A DNA stretch of 45,791 nt from Lachnospiraceae bacterium (GTDB taxonomy: Bacteria; Bacillota; Clostridia; Lachnospirales; Lachnospiraceae), in assembly GCA_045640945.1 (NCBI GenBank), contig JAZUGA010000087.1:1-45791 (forward strand), written 5' to 3'. Positions 8,305-16,002 of the stretch are shown here, piece after piece. Every line of letters starts with the position of its first letter. Position 1 is the stretch's first letter. The position numbers were made by a program, and so were the translations under genes. A model generated the notes under the pieces. It did no database searches. It had not been told where the DNA came from and saw nothing but the letters and a program-made list of their open reading frames with translations.

Positions 8305-9849
8305 TCAATCCGGGTAAACGAAAGGCCGGTCGAATTTCTTCAGGTCTTCTAATACCTCTTCGTCGAAAGCATATCTGGTTCTGCTGCCATCGGTCGTGAA
8401 TACCATGGTCGGTTTCGTTTCTGCATCGAAAGCCTTCCATTCTTCCATTCCTTCATGGTTTGGATTACCCGTCTTCGCAAAAGCAACTAAAGCTCCAGCC
8501 ATTTCTTCCTGAAGTTTTTCTGCGCCCTCAAACTGATTTACCGGGAACTGCATTGCTGTATGCATAAAGAACGGCATGTCTGCGCAATGCCATGCAAGTT
8601 TTCCGCCCTTCACTGGGAATTCCTGTGCCAGCATACCGATATAAATAGGTGCAGCTCCTTTTACGACAGAACGTTTTGCTACATGATCTAAGGAACCATA
8701 TCGGGTGGAGAAATCCATCGCCAGTACATCCAGAATCGGTTTCTCCGGATAAGCCTTCTTGAAGTCTTCTATAATCTTCTCGGAATCTTCTCCAAACTTG
8801 TCCTGAATAGCAGCCAAGGTCTCTTCTTCCGTCAGCTCATATTTTTTCGGCAGAATCGGATTGTACGCATGCTCTGCAATACAAGTAAAGACAATCGTCG
8901 GAACGTTAAAAGCATTCGGATTAAATCCGTCTTCTCTTGCATAGCCCAGATAATATCCGTTCGCTAAAGGCGCCCATCCAGTAATGTCGTATCCTTCTGC
9001 TCTCATTTCCTTCTGGTTCTTCAGGTAGGAATTAATCAGATCATCATATGGAACATCGCAGAGACGTTCGAACTCCTCTTCCGGAATATTCAGGTCTTTC
9101 AGCATTCTGCCAACAACTTCTTTGCTGACTGCTGCGTCTGGACGAGGACGACGTTTATGAATACCACTATGAACAACCGCTTTATGGAAGAGTCCATCTG
9201 CTGCAGGCATCTGAAGCAAAGCACATACTTTTCCGCCGCCGCCAGACTGTCCGAAAATCGTTACGTTATTCGGGTCGCCACCGAACTTTTCAATGTTGTC
9301 GCGAATCCATTCCAGAGCTGCAACAATGTCTGCCATTCCTACGTTTCCGGAATTTGCGAATTTCTCATCCCCATAAGCAGATACATCCAGATAGCCTAAA
9401 ATGTTCAGACGATGATTTAAGCTTACGGTAACAACGTCACCGTATTGGCAAAGTTCTTTGCCTTCAATGCAAGCCAGTTCTACTGCAGAACCAAATAAGA
9501 AGCCGCCACCATGAAGCCACACCATAACCGGTTTTTTTGCAGTTGGATCCAAGGTCTGGGTCCATACGTTTAAGAACTGACACTCTTCTGCCTGTGGCCA
9601 GTAGCGATGAGGAACTGTAATTTCTTCGCCAGCGTGATCCTTTAAAGGAGTCAGGGAAGCAGAGCCATAGCCCCATGCGTCCTTAACGCCTTCCCATGGT
9701 GATACAGGAGTCGGCATCTGGAAACGCTTTGCGTCCGCATATTTAATGCCCTGGAATATATATGTTTCGTCGAAATAGTAACCACGGATTTTTCCAGCAA
9801 TCGTTTCGACAATTGGCCATCTTTGGCTGTCTTCAATATTTTTAACCAT
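8305..9849 (-). CDS. Type-B carboxylesterase/lipase family protein (para-nitrobenzyl-esterase-like)
   Basis: 514 aa with the oxyanion motif WLHGGGF and the nucleophile elbow GQSGGG. GGAGG SD is present. Confidence 0.88.
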   Translation of the reverse strand: MVKNIEDSQRWPIVETIAGKIRGYYFDETYIFQGIKYADAKRFQMPTPVSPWEGVKDAWGYGSASLTPLKDHAGEEITVPHRYWPQAEECQFLNVWTQTLDPTAKKPVMVWLHGGGFLFGSAVELACIEGKELCQYGDVVTVSLNHRLNILGYLDVSAYGDEKFANSGNVGMADIVAALEWIRDNIEKFGGDPNNVTIFGQSGGGGKVCALLQMPAADGLFHKAVVHSGIHKRRPRPDAAVSKEVVGRMLKDLNIPEEEFERLCDVPYDDLINSYLKNQKEMRAEGYDITGWAPLANGYYLGYAREDGFNPNAFNVPTIVFTCIAEHAYNPILPKKYELTEEETLAAIQDKFGEDSEKIIEDFKKAYPEKPILDVLAMDFSTRYGSLDHVAKRSVVKGAAPIYIGMLAQEFPVKGGKLAWHCADMPFFMHTAMQFPVNQFEGAEKLQEEMAGALVAFAKTGNPNHEGMEEWKAFDAETKPTMVFTTDGSRTRYAFDEEVLEDLKKFDRPFVYPD

Positions 9850-9872
9850 ACCTTTTCCTCCGCAATCAGAGA

Positions 9873-10790
9873 TTAAAACTTAATATCATAGATACAAGGA
9901 ATTGATTCTAAAATTGTATTGTCATAAGGTGACTCCAGTGATTCAACCTCATCCGGCTCGAATCTTTCTACACCATAAGCTGTGGTCAGATCGTAGCTGC
10001 CATAGCCATAGCCAAGACCGTTCTGAATCAGACGGTCTAAATTCTGCAGAAGGATGAGTCCGCCGCCAGCGATAGAATGGTCTGGATATAATCTTGTCTC
10101 ATTTTCTTCACAGAAGCAGAACAGATTGAAATGATCATTAATCGTAATATGGAAGCATGGCTCCTCACCAAATGGATAGATTGGCAATTCGATGTTAAAA
10201 CGGTCTACCCAACCTTTCAGACGTTCCTTTTCTGCCGGGTCTTCTTCTGCTGCATAACGGCGTTCAAAACTACCGACATCTACTTTTGGCAGACGATATA
10301 AGGTAGGCTGATAGTAAATATGCATTTTGAAGAAGCCTGAGCTGTAATGCCACTCAATACGGCGTCCGGTCATACTGTCTGTAAAGAAATGTCTCTTCTC
10401 TGGAAGAGCTTTTCCTGGATATTTAATTGCGCCAAATACTGGAGTAACTTTAATCAGACGTTCGAATTCCTCAAACAGACCTTCCTCGGTAATAACCAGC
10501 GTTACCAGATCCTGTGCAACGTCAAGAACCAGGCTGTAATGAACTTCCTTTCCTTTTTCTGTAGATACGATAATATGAACGAAATACAGTCCATCTTCAC
10601 CTTTCAGGCACTCGTATTTTTTCCAAACGAACTCTCCTCCGTTTTCTGCCCACTGAAGGTTTTCTCCATCAATAAAGCGTACGAAATATTCGTTTCCATC
10701 ATCCATGATGATATTGAAATTCTTTCCTGTCAGTTCGTGGTTATTCGGTGCACGGAACTGCAGCAATGGGTCAAATTTTGGTAATGGCAT
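9873..10790 (-). CDS. Protein with two tandem calycin-type (MoaF / phenolic-acid-decarboxylase-like) beta-barrel domains; function unknown
   Basis: 305 aa. Two segments (LTGKNFNIIMDDGNEYFVRF..L.W and MTGRRIEWHYSSGFFKMHIYY) fit the L.G..f...y..G.....f pattern of MoaF/PAD-type barrels as I recall it, which is weak evidence. A strong SD is present. Confidence 0.35.
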   Translation of the reverse strand: MPLPKFDPLLQFRAPNNHELTGKNFNIIMDDGNEYFVRFIDGENLQWAENGGEFVWKKYECLKGEDGLYFVHIIVSTEKGKEVHYSLVLDVAQDLVTLVITEEGLFEEFERLIKVTPVFGAIKYPGKALPEKRHFFTDSMTGRRIEWHYSSGFFKMHIYYQPTLYRLPKVDVGSFERRYAAEEDPAEKERLKGWVDRFNIELPIYPFGEEPCFHITINDHFNLFCFCEENETRLYPDHSIAGGGLILLQNLDRLIQNGLGYGYGSYDLTTAYGVERFEPDEVESLESPYDNTILESIPCIYDIKF

Positions 10791-10853
10791 AATTAATCCC
10801 CCTTTTTATAATTTGAAATGATTATATCATTATTTGAAAACACATGAAAAACG

Positions 10854-11588
10854 TTATTTCAAAATCTTCCGAATTTGTTCCTCGGTAGCTTTTGGATACA
10901 TCTTTTTTACCTGGTCATAGATTCTCTGTCTGGAAGTTTCCGGTTCTTCTTTATAGGCACTTCGCACCAGTTCCGGTCCCCAGATGCTTTCCGGCGTAGC
11001 TAAAACAGCAATGCTCCAGCCATACTCCTGACCTTTCTTATTTGTCTTCCGTTTGAACTCTTTATCCACAAGATAGGTCATCATCTGAAGCTCTGTCATA
11101 ATTCCGTCGAAATTTTTCTCGCCGCCTTTTCCGAATCCAGCCTTCTCTTTTAATTCAAAAGAGAAATAAGCCTCCTCTTCCGGCTTTTCTCCTGGAAATA
11201 AATCCATGATCAGCTTCATTCGGCGCTTTGCTTTCTGGTCATCCCACAAAGCATCGAAATCATAACCGTCTCTTCGCCAGTTAGCAAAATACGGCAGCCA
11301 ATCCAGAGAAATGAATCCCGCCTTTTTATCAAAGAATTTTCCATAAGCCACTTCCTGACTTTTAGAAATCAGAATTCTCCATTCCCACGGATCATTTTTC
11401 TCATCTCCGCTCCACCAATAGAGAGGGGACGTCATTTCCTCCACAGAAAAACCTTCCACACTGTTTGCAAACAGCGGTAAGAATCCAACCTTTTTGATAT
11501 GCTTAATGAGCGCTTTATATGTCCGGATTCGTTTTGCATCGTCCAGCGCTTTTCCCTGCATAATCCATTCGCCGTTCTCTGTTCTCAT
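10854..11588 (-). CDS. Conserved hypothetical protein (244 aa, Trp-rich, cytoplasmic); possibly an AlkZ-related winged-helix fold
   Basis: A clean ORF with GGAGG SD inside a tightly packed operon. The similarity to short AlkZ-related proteins is from memory only. Confidence 0.3.
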   Translation of the reverse strand: MRTENGEWIMQGKALDDAKRIRTYKALIKHIKKVGFLPLFANSVEGFSVEEMTSPLYWWSGDEKNDPWEWRILISKSQEVAYGKFFDKKAGFISLDWLPYFANWRRDGYDFDALWDDQKAKRRMKLIMDLFPGEKPEEEAYFSFELKEKAGFGKGGEKNFDGIMTELQMMTYLVDKEFKRKTNKKGQEYGWSIAVLATPESIWGPELVRSAYKEEPETSRQRIYDQVKKMYPKATEEQIRKILK

Positions 11589-11602
11589 CCGTTCCTCCAG
11601 TT

Positions 11603-12481
11603 TTATTCCTTCACCGGGTCAGCGTCCCATGTTCCAGCGAGTAAGTCCGAAACGACTTTTCTCTTAACAGGAAGCCACTCTGCAAAGGCCTTCCGCAGGC
11701 AGATTTCCCAGAAGTCCCACTCATGCTTATAATCCGGAAGAATAAACGGAATTACTTCACATCCTTTTTCTTTCAGATATTTCGCTCCGTTGGTAGAACC
11801 TGCATAAGCAATCGGATCTTTATCTCCGCAAGCTAAAATAAATACTGGCAGATTAGCGCCCTGGGCAATTTTATTTTCAATCGTTTCATATATATCGGAA
11901 TGTGGAATATCTTTCGGCTGCTTCGGCATAGCCCAGCCAGCTGCAATCATTTTCTCACGGAACTGTGCATGACCAGCCGCAGGCTTACCAGCTCCCGAGC
12001 TCTTCGGAGGAATACCCGCCGACATAATCAGTGCATAGGAAAAACGGTCGCATTTATCCAAAGCCATCTTCAAGGCTCCGCCGCCTCCCATGGAAAGACC
12101 GCCGATAAAATTGTCTTCTCTCTTATCGGAAAGATTTGGGAATCTGGAGAAAATGAAATTCCATAATTCTTCCGTTAAATATTTATAATATTTTCCTCCC
12201 CGTGGATAATCAGAATATCCAGCGTTATAGTCACACGGGCAGATAACTGCGCAATTATATTCCACTGCGTAGCGGGCGATATTGGTCCAGTTCAGATAAT
12301 CGGCATCATCACCGCTTCCGCCATGAAGCAGCCAAAGAACAGGGAATTTCTCTTCTGGTGCATAAATGTCTTTCAGCGGATAACCTACATCAAAGCCCTG
12401 ATCAAAGCTAGGAAGGATAGCCGTTACGTTTGTTGCCATTCCAAGCTCACGTGAAAAAAAGTTTAATCTCATTACAGCCAT
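11603..12481 (-). CDS. Esterase-family alpha/beta hydrolase (esterase D / tributyrin-esterase-like)
   Basis: 292 aa with WLLHGGSGDD and the nucleophile elbow GLSMGG. AGGAGG SD is present. Confidence 0.8.
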   Translation of the reverse strand: MAVMRLNFFSRELGMATNVTAILPSFDQGFDVGYPLKDIYAPEEKFPVLWLLHGGSGDDADYLNWTNIARYAVEYNCAVICPCDYNAGYSDYPRGGKYYKYLTEELWNFIFSRFPNLSDKREDNFIGGLSMGGGGALKMALDKCDRFSYALIMSAGIPPKSSGAGKPAAGHAQFREKMIAAGWAMPKQPKDIPHSDIYETIENKIAQGANLPVFILACGDKDPIAYAGSTNGAKYLKEKGCEVIPFILPDYKHEWDFWEICLRKAFAEWLPVKRKVVSDLLAGTWDADPVKE

Positions 12482-12493
12482 GTCGTACCTCCT

Positions 12494-13300
12494 TTACTCT
12501 GCACAAACGAACTCATTCAGTTCTGTTTTTAATGCGGCGTCGCAGAATTCCCAAAGGTCTTCTGTCTCGTATTTCTTTTCACGGACAGAGAATCCTAACT
12601 GACGTAAATTCTGCGCAGCGCGGGCAGCATAAGCGGATAATTCACCGCTTCCGCGATAAGATACGGAAATTTCCGGAAGAGCTTCTCCGCTCTCTGCAAG
12701 AGCTTTTCCTTTGCCAAATAATTCCGCATCATCCTCAAGGGCGTCATCTAATCCAACATGAATGGAAACGCCTTTTTCCGCAAGACCTGCATTAAAATCC
12801 TTCAGATAAGTCTCTTCCAGATTTTCTTCAAAAGCTCCTTCAAAAAGGATGACCTTGCTGTATTTTTCCGGATTCGTAAGTGCGGCTTTCAGAGCAGCAT
12901 AAGCGCCGAAGGAAACGCCGCCAATGTAGTTGTCCTCCCGCTTATCGGAAAGAGCCAAGGAGCCTGTTGCCACGGTCCAAAGTTCTTCCGTAATGTGCTG
13001 GGTAAACTTCTGACCTCTTGGGTCCTCTGAATAAAGCTTGTTATTGGTGCATGGCATAACGACCGCCAGATTATGCTCCTGGGCATAACGGGCGATGTTG
13101 GAATTACGTAAGAATTCCGAATCGTCACCATATTCGCTTCCGATCAGCCAGAGCGTCTTGAACCGGACATCTCTTGGATAGATCTCTTCGTATGTTGCAT
13201 TTGCATTTTCTTTCGTTGGAACCAGGCTTGGAAGAAAAACACTGAAGTTGGCCTGCATACCCCATGTGAAAGATAAGATATTCATTTGTAAGGTTGCCAT
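12494..13300 (-). CDS. Esterase-family alpha/beta hydrolase, paralog of the downstream gene
   Basis: I trimmed the track ORF to ATG 13300 (MATLQMNILSF...), which is preceded by AGGGAGG. It has the nucleophile elbow GVSFG and the same domain order as 11603..12481. Confidence 0.78.
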   Translation of the reverse strand: MATLQMNILSFTWGMQANFSVFLPSLVPTKENANATYEEIYPRDVRFKTLWLIGSEYGDDSEFLRNSNIARYAQEHNLAVVMPCTNNKLYSEDPRGQKFTQHITEELWTVATGSLALSDKREDNYIGGVSFGAYAALKAALTNPEKYSKVILFEGAFEENLEETYLKDFNAGLAEKGVSIHVGLDDALEDDAELFGKGKALAESGEALPEISVSYRGSGELSAYAARAAQNLRQLGFSVREKKYETEDLWEFCDAALKTELNEFVCAE

Positions 13301-13411
13301 AGTTTTACCTCCCTTTGATAAGGCTTCTTTTTCTTTAAATATAACAGATATTCCCACAAAAAATAACTAAAAAATCGGAAATTGGATTTGTCAGTTTTTT
13401 CTGTCCCGAAC

Positions 13412-13440
13412 TTGATACTGCTATGTTTTTCACTTATTAT
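13412..13440 (+). promoter_or_regulatory. Candidate promoter of the enoate reductase gene
   Basis: TTGATA (13412..13417), a 17-nt spacer, then TATTAT (13435..13440). Confidence 0.5.
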
Positions 13441-13503
13441 TAATCTATAAGAATGGTTGCTGGCTTTTATGGTCAGCGAAGTCAAAAATAAAGGAGCTAG
13501 ATT

Positions 13504-15498
13504 ATGTCAGAATTTAAGTACAGTCATTTGTTTGAGCCAATCGTGCTCGGAAACCAGATGTTCCGGAACCGAATTTTCAACTCCCCTACCGGCGTGGAAA
13601 TTGACCCGGAAAGATATTCCTGCGCATATTATGAACGTAAAGCCATCGGCGGCTCTGCTTCGGTTTGCATCGGTGATGCTTGCCCGAATGAGTTTGGCCG
13701 GGTCCGTCCTTCCCAGATCAATCTGTGGAACAACGACGAAAGTCAGAAGCTGGCAAATATTGCCCACAGCATTTCTCGTCATGGTGCGGTTGCAACCATG
13801 GAAATTTTAGATGCAGGCAACTGCGCTACTTATTCCGCGTCTCTTGGCGCTCCTTTATATGGTCCGGTAGACGGAATTTCCCCAGAAGGGATTCCAATCC
13901 ACAGGATGACGGAAGAACAGATTTACGCGTCCATTGAACAGCATGCCAAAGCAGCTTTATATGCGAAACGATTAGGCTACGGAATGGTCACGGTTCACGG
14001 CGGCCATGGCTGGCTGATCACCCAGTTCTTAGACCCATCCAACAATCGTAAGGATCAGTGGGGCGGAAGCATTGAAAATCGTGCCCGTCTTGCCATTGCA
14101 ATCTGCGACCGAATTCACGAGGTCTGTGGAAGAGGCTTCCCTGTAGAAATCCGTATCGTTGGAGATGAAGTATACCCAGGCGGCTATCATATTGAAGAAG
14201 GTATCAAACAGGCTCAGCTGCTGGATGGTCATGCAGATTTAATTCATGTTTCCACCGGAAGCCATGAAGTAAAAGAAGTCTTCACCATCACTCATCCAAG
14301 CATGTTCCTGGCAGATGGCGCCAATGTAAAATATGCAGCTGAAATCAAGAAATATGTGAAAAACACACCGATTGCAACGGTAGGCGCTCTTTCCGAGCCA
14401 GACCAGTTAGAAGAAATCATTGCCAGCGGACAGGCCGATGTTGTGGAATTAGCTCGTGGACTGATCTGCGACCCAGACCTTCCGATCAAGCTTCAGCGTG
14501 GCAAAGAAGATGAGGTCCGCAAATGTATGCGCTGTCTCTTCTGCTTCTCTGAGCATATGCACTCCGCAATTATTCCATGTGCCATCAATCCAGAAATTGG
14601 TCATGAATACGAAATGCATGACGCTCCAATCCGCAATGTAAAAAAGAAAGTCCTGATTGCCGGTGGTGGAATGGCTGGTATGCAGGCTGCAATTACCGCC
14701 GCGGATAACGAACACACCGTAATCCTTTGCGAGAAAAAAGCGGAACTTGGCGGCGCCCTTCTCTGCGAGGAAAACGTACCTTTCAAAGAAAAATTAGGAC
14801 AGTATATTGCTCTTCAGAAACGCTTAATTTCCCGTCGGGACAATATTGAAGTTCGTTTAAATACCGAAGTTACTCCAGAGCTGATCAAAGAAGTGGCTCC
14901 GGATGCTGTAATCTGCGCTCTGGGTGCAAGACCGGTGAAACCGAATATTCCTGGTATTGACCGTGACAACGTATTCAGTGCAGAAGAAATTTATTATGAT
15001 CCGGAAAAAGCCGGCGAGAACATCGTTATTTTAGGCGGCGGTCTGGTTGGACTGGAGCTTTCCATTATGCTTTCCGGTCTGGGCAAAAAATGTACTGTCG
15101 TAGAAATGATGCCGAATTTAAATGATGGTGGCAACAATCTTCATGGCGTGGCGCTTTCCTGTGAACTGAAAAAATGCGGCGTGAAAGTCAGCCCTGCAAC
15201 TAAGGCGGTTGCCATCAATGAAGACGGTGTTCTTTGCGAATATACGGGTGCAAAGCCTGCTCCGGAATCGAAATTTGGCATGGATAACTTCTATCCAGAC
15301 GGTACCGAAGGAACTGTAACCTTTGCTGCGGATACGGTAATCTACGCCGTAGGCCAGAAGCCTCTCCGGGAAGAAGCAAATGCCCTGCGTGGTATTGTTC
15401 CGGAATTCCATCAGGTGGGAGACTGCGTTGTTGCAAAGAATATTTACGAGGCAACTCATAATGCGCATTACATCGCAAAAGATTTAGGAAGAATGTAA
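13504..15498 (+). CDS. Enoate-reductase / 2,4-dienoyl-CoA-reductase-family flavoprotein (OYE-like FMN domain, 4Fe-4S site, FAD/NAD(P) domain)
   Basis: 664 aa with an N-terminal OYE-like TIM barrel. The Cys cluster is CMRCLFC-x11-C. Two dinucleotide folds are present (IAGGGMAG and ILGGGLVG). AAGGAG SD is present. Confidence 0.85.
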   Translation: MSEFKYSHLFEPIVLGNQMFRNRIFNSPTGVEIDPERYSCAYYERKAIGGSASVCIGDACPNEFGRVRPSQINLWNNDESQKLANIAHSISRHGAVATMEILDAGNCATYSASLGAPLYGPVDGISPEGIPIHRMTEEQIYASIEQHAKAALYAKRLGYGMVTVHGGHGWLITQFLDPSNNRKDQWGGSIENRARLAIAICDRIHEVCGRGFPVEIRIVGDEVYPGGYHIEEGIKQAQLLDGHADLIHVSTGSHEVKEVFTITHPSMFLADGANVKYAAEIKKYVKNTPIATVGALSEPDQLEEIIASGQADVVELARGLICDPDLPIKLQRGKEDEVRKCMRCLFCFSEHMHSAIIPCAINPEIGHEYEMHDAPIRNVKKKVLIAGGGMAGMQAAITAADNEHTVILCEKKAELGGALLCEENVPFKEKLGQYIALQKRLISRRDNIEVRLNTEVTPELIKEVAPDAVICALGARPVKPNIPGIDRDNVFSAEEIYYDPEKAGENIVILGGGLVGLELSIMLSGLGKKCTVVEMMPNLNDGGNNLHGVALSCELKKCGVKVSPATKAVAINEDGVLCEYTGAKPAPESKFGMDNFYPDGTEGTVTFAADTVIYAVGQKPLREEANALRGIVPEFHQVGDCVVAKNIYEATHNAHYIAKDLGRM

Positions 15499-15552
15499 TC
15501 GATTTTGATTGAAATCCTACTCCTATCATTTTCAGCGAGGACATATTGGCAA

Positions 15553-15584
15553 GGGAGATATCCTACAGGGTATCTCCCTTTTTT
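15553..15584 (+). terminator. Rho-independent terminator of the reductase gene
   Basis: gggagata (15553..15560) pairs with tatctccc (15571..15578), followed by TTTTTT. Confidence 0.8.
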
Positions 15585-15615
15585 GTGCAAGAAGGGAACT
15601 AAAAAGGCGGCACAA

Positions 15616-15787
15616 CCGTCTCTATACGATGAAAGCACAAATTGCGACGGGGAATTCAGTTGAAAATGCCCGTCGCAAAATACAATAACTCTCCATAGAG
15701 ACGATTTCTCCCGTCTTAAAATATGATCATGCCTTATAGCGACGGTTTCGACCCGTCTCAATTTTAGAAAAATGGCTAAAGAGACGG
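15616..15787. repeat. Array of four 35-nt units of the form CCGTC-N25-GACGG(A)
   Basis: The units are at 15616..15650, 15670..15704, 15711..15745 and 15753..15787, each exactly 35 nt. They share CCGTCTY...AAAATA...ATAGMGACGG elements. Termini cross-pair, for example ttgcgacggg (15642..15651) with cccgtcgcaa (15669..15678), and cgtctctat (15617..15625) with atagagacg (15695..15703). Confidence 0.7.
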
Positions 15788-15881
15788 TACACCAATCGTC
15801 AGGGACGTGAAACTAAAAAATGTCATCTGAAAATTGAATCCTCGAGATTCGAAGGATGCATAAAGATTACTTCTGGCAGCA

Positions 15882-15920
15882 TAAAAATAGCGGGAACCCT
15901 TGATTTACTGGATTCCCGCT
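15882..15920 (-). terminator. Rho-independent terminator downstream of the giant surface-protein gene (copy A of a duplicated terminator)
   Basis: agcgggaaccc/ggattcccgct hairpin (15889..15920) followed on the minus strand by a U run (plus-strand aaaaat, 15883..15888). It is nearly identical to the tRNA-Gln terminator. Confidence 0.7.
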
Positions 15921-15934
15921 GTTTTCTAAAAAAT

Positions 15935-15958
15935 GGCTAGGAGGATTCGTACCTCCAG
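15935..15958 (-). pseudogene. Fragment of the tRNA-Gln 3' end (T arm plus acceptor strand), non-functional
   Basis: ggctaggaggattcgtacctccag matches 20253..20276 of the intact tRNA-Gln at 23 of 24 positions. No D arm or anticodon arm follows. Confidence 0.7.
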
Positions 15959-16002
15959 CTGTCGAAGCTGTTTAATCGCTAATCGTTGAGTTTGGGTAAA
16001 AA

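Noticed and set aside
15616-15787. A possible mini CRISPR array, suggested by short palindromic elements at regular spacing
   Set aside because: There are only four units. The conserved parts are 5 to 10-nt inverted termini rather than 24 to 37-nt direct repeats. The so-called spacers are 6 to 25 nt, and no cas genes or leader are present. I reported it as a generic repeat array instead.
15590-15880. Additional decayed tRNA T-arm remnants (gacggtttcgacccgtc at 15741..15757 and gattcgaagg near 15846..15855)
   Set aside because: The stems and T loops do not fit the tRNA consensus, and the resemblance covers only 8 to 10 nt. It may reflect old att scars, but the evidence is too weak to call.
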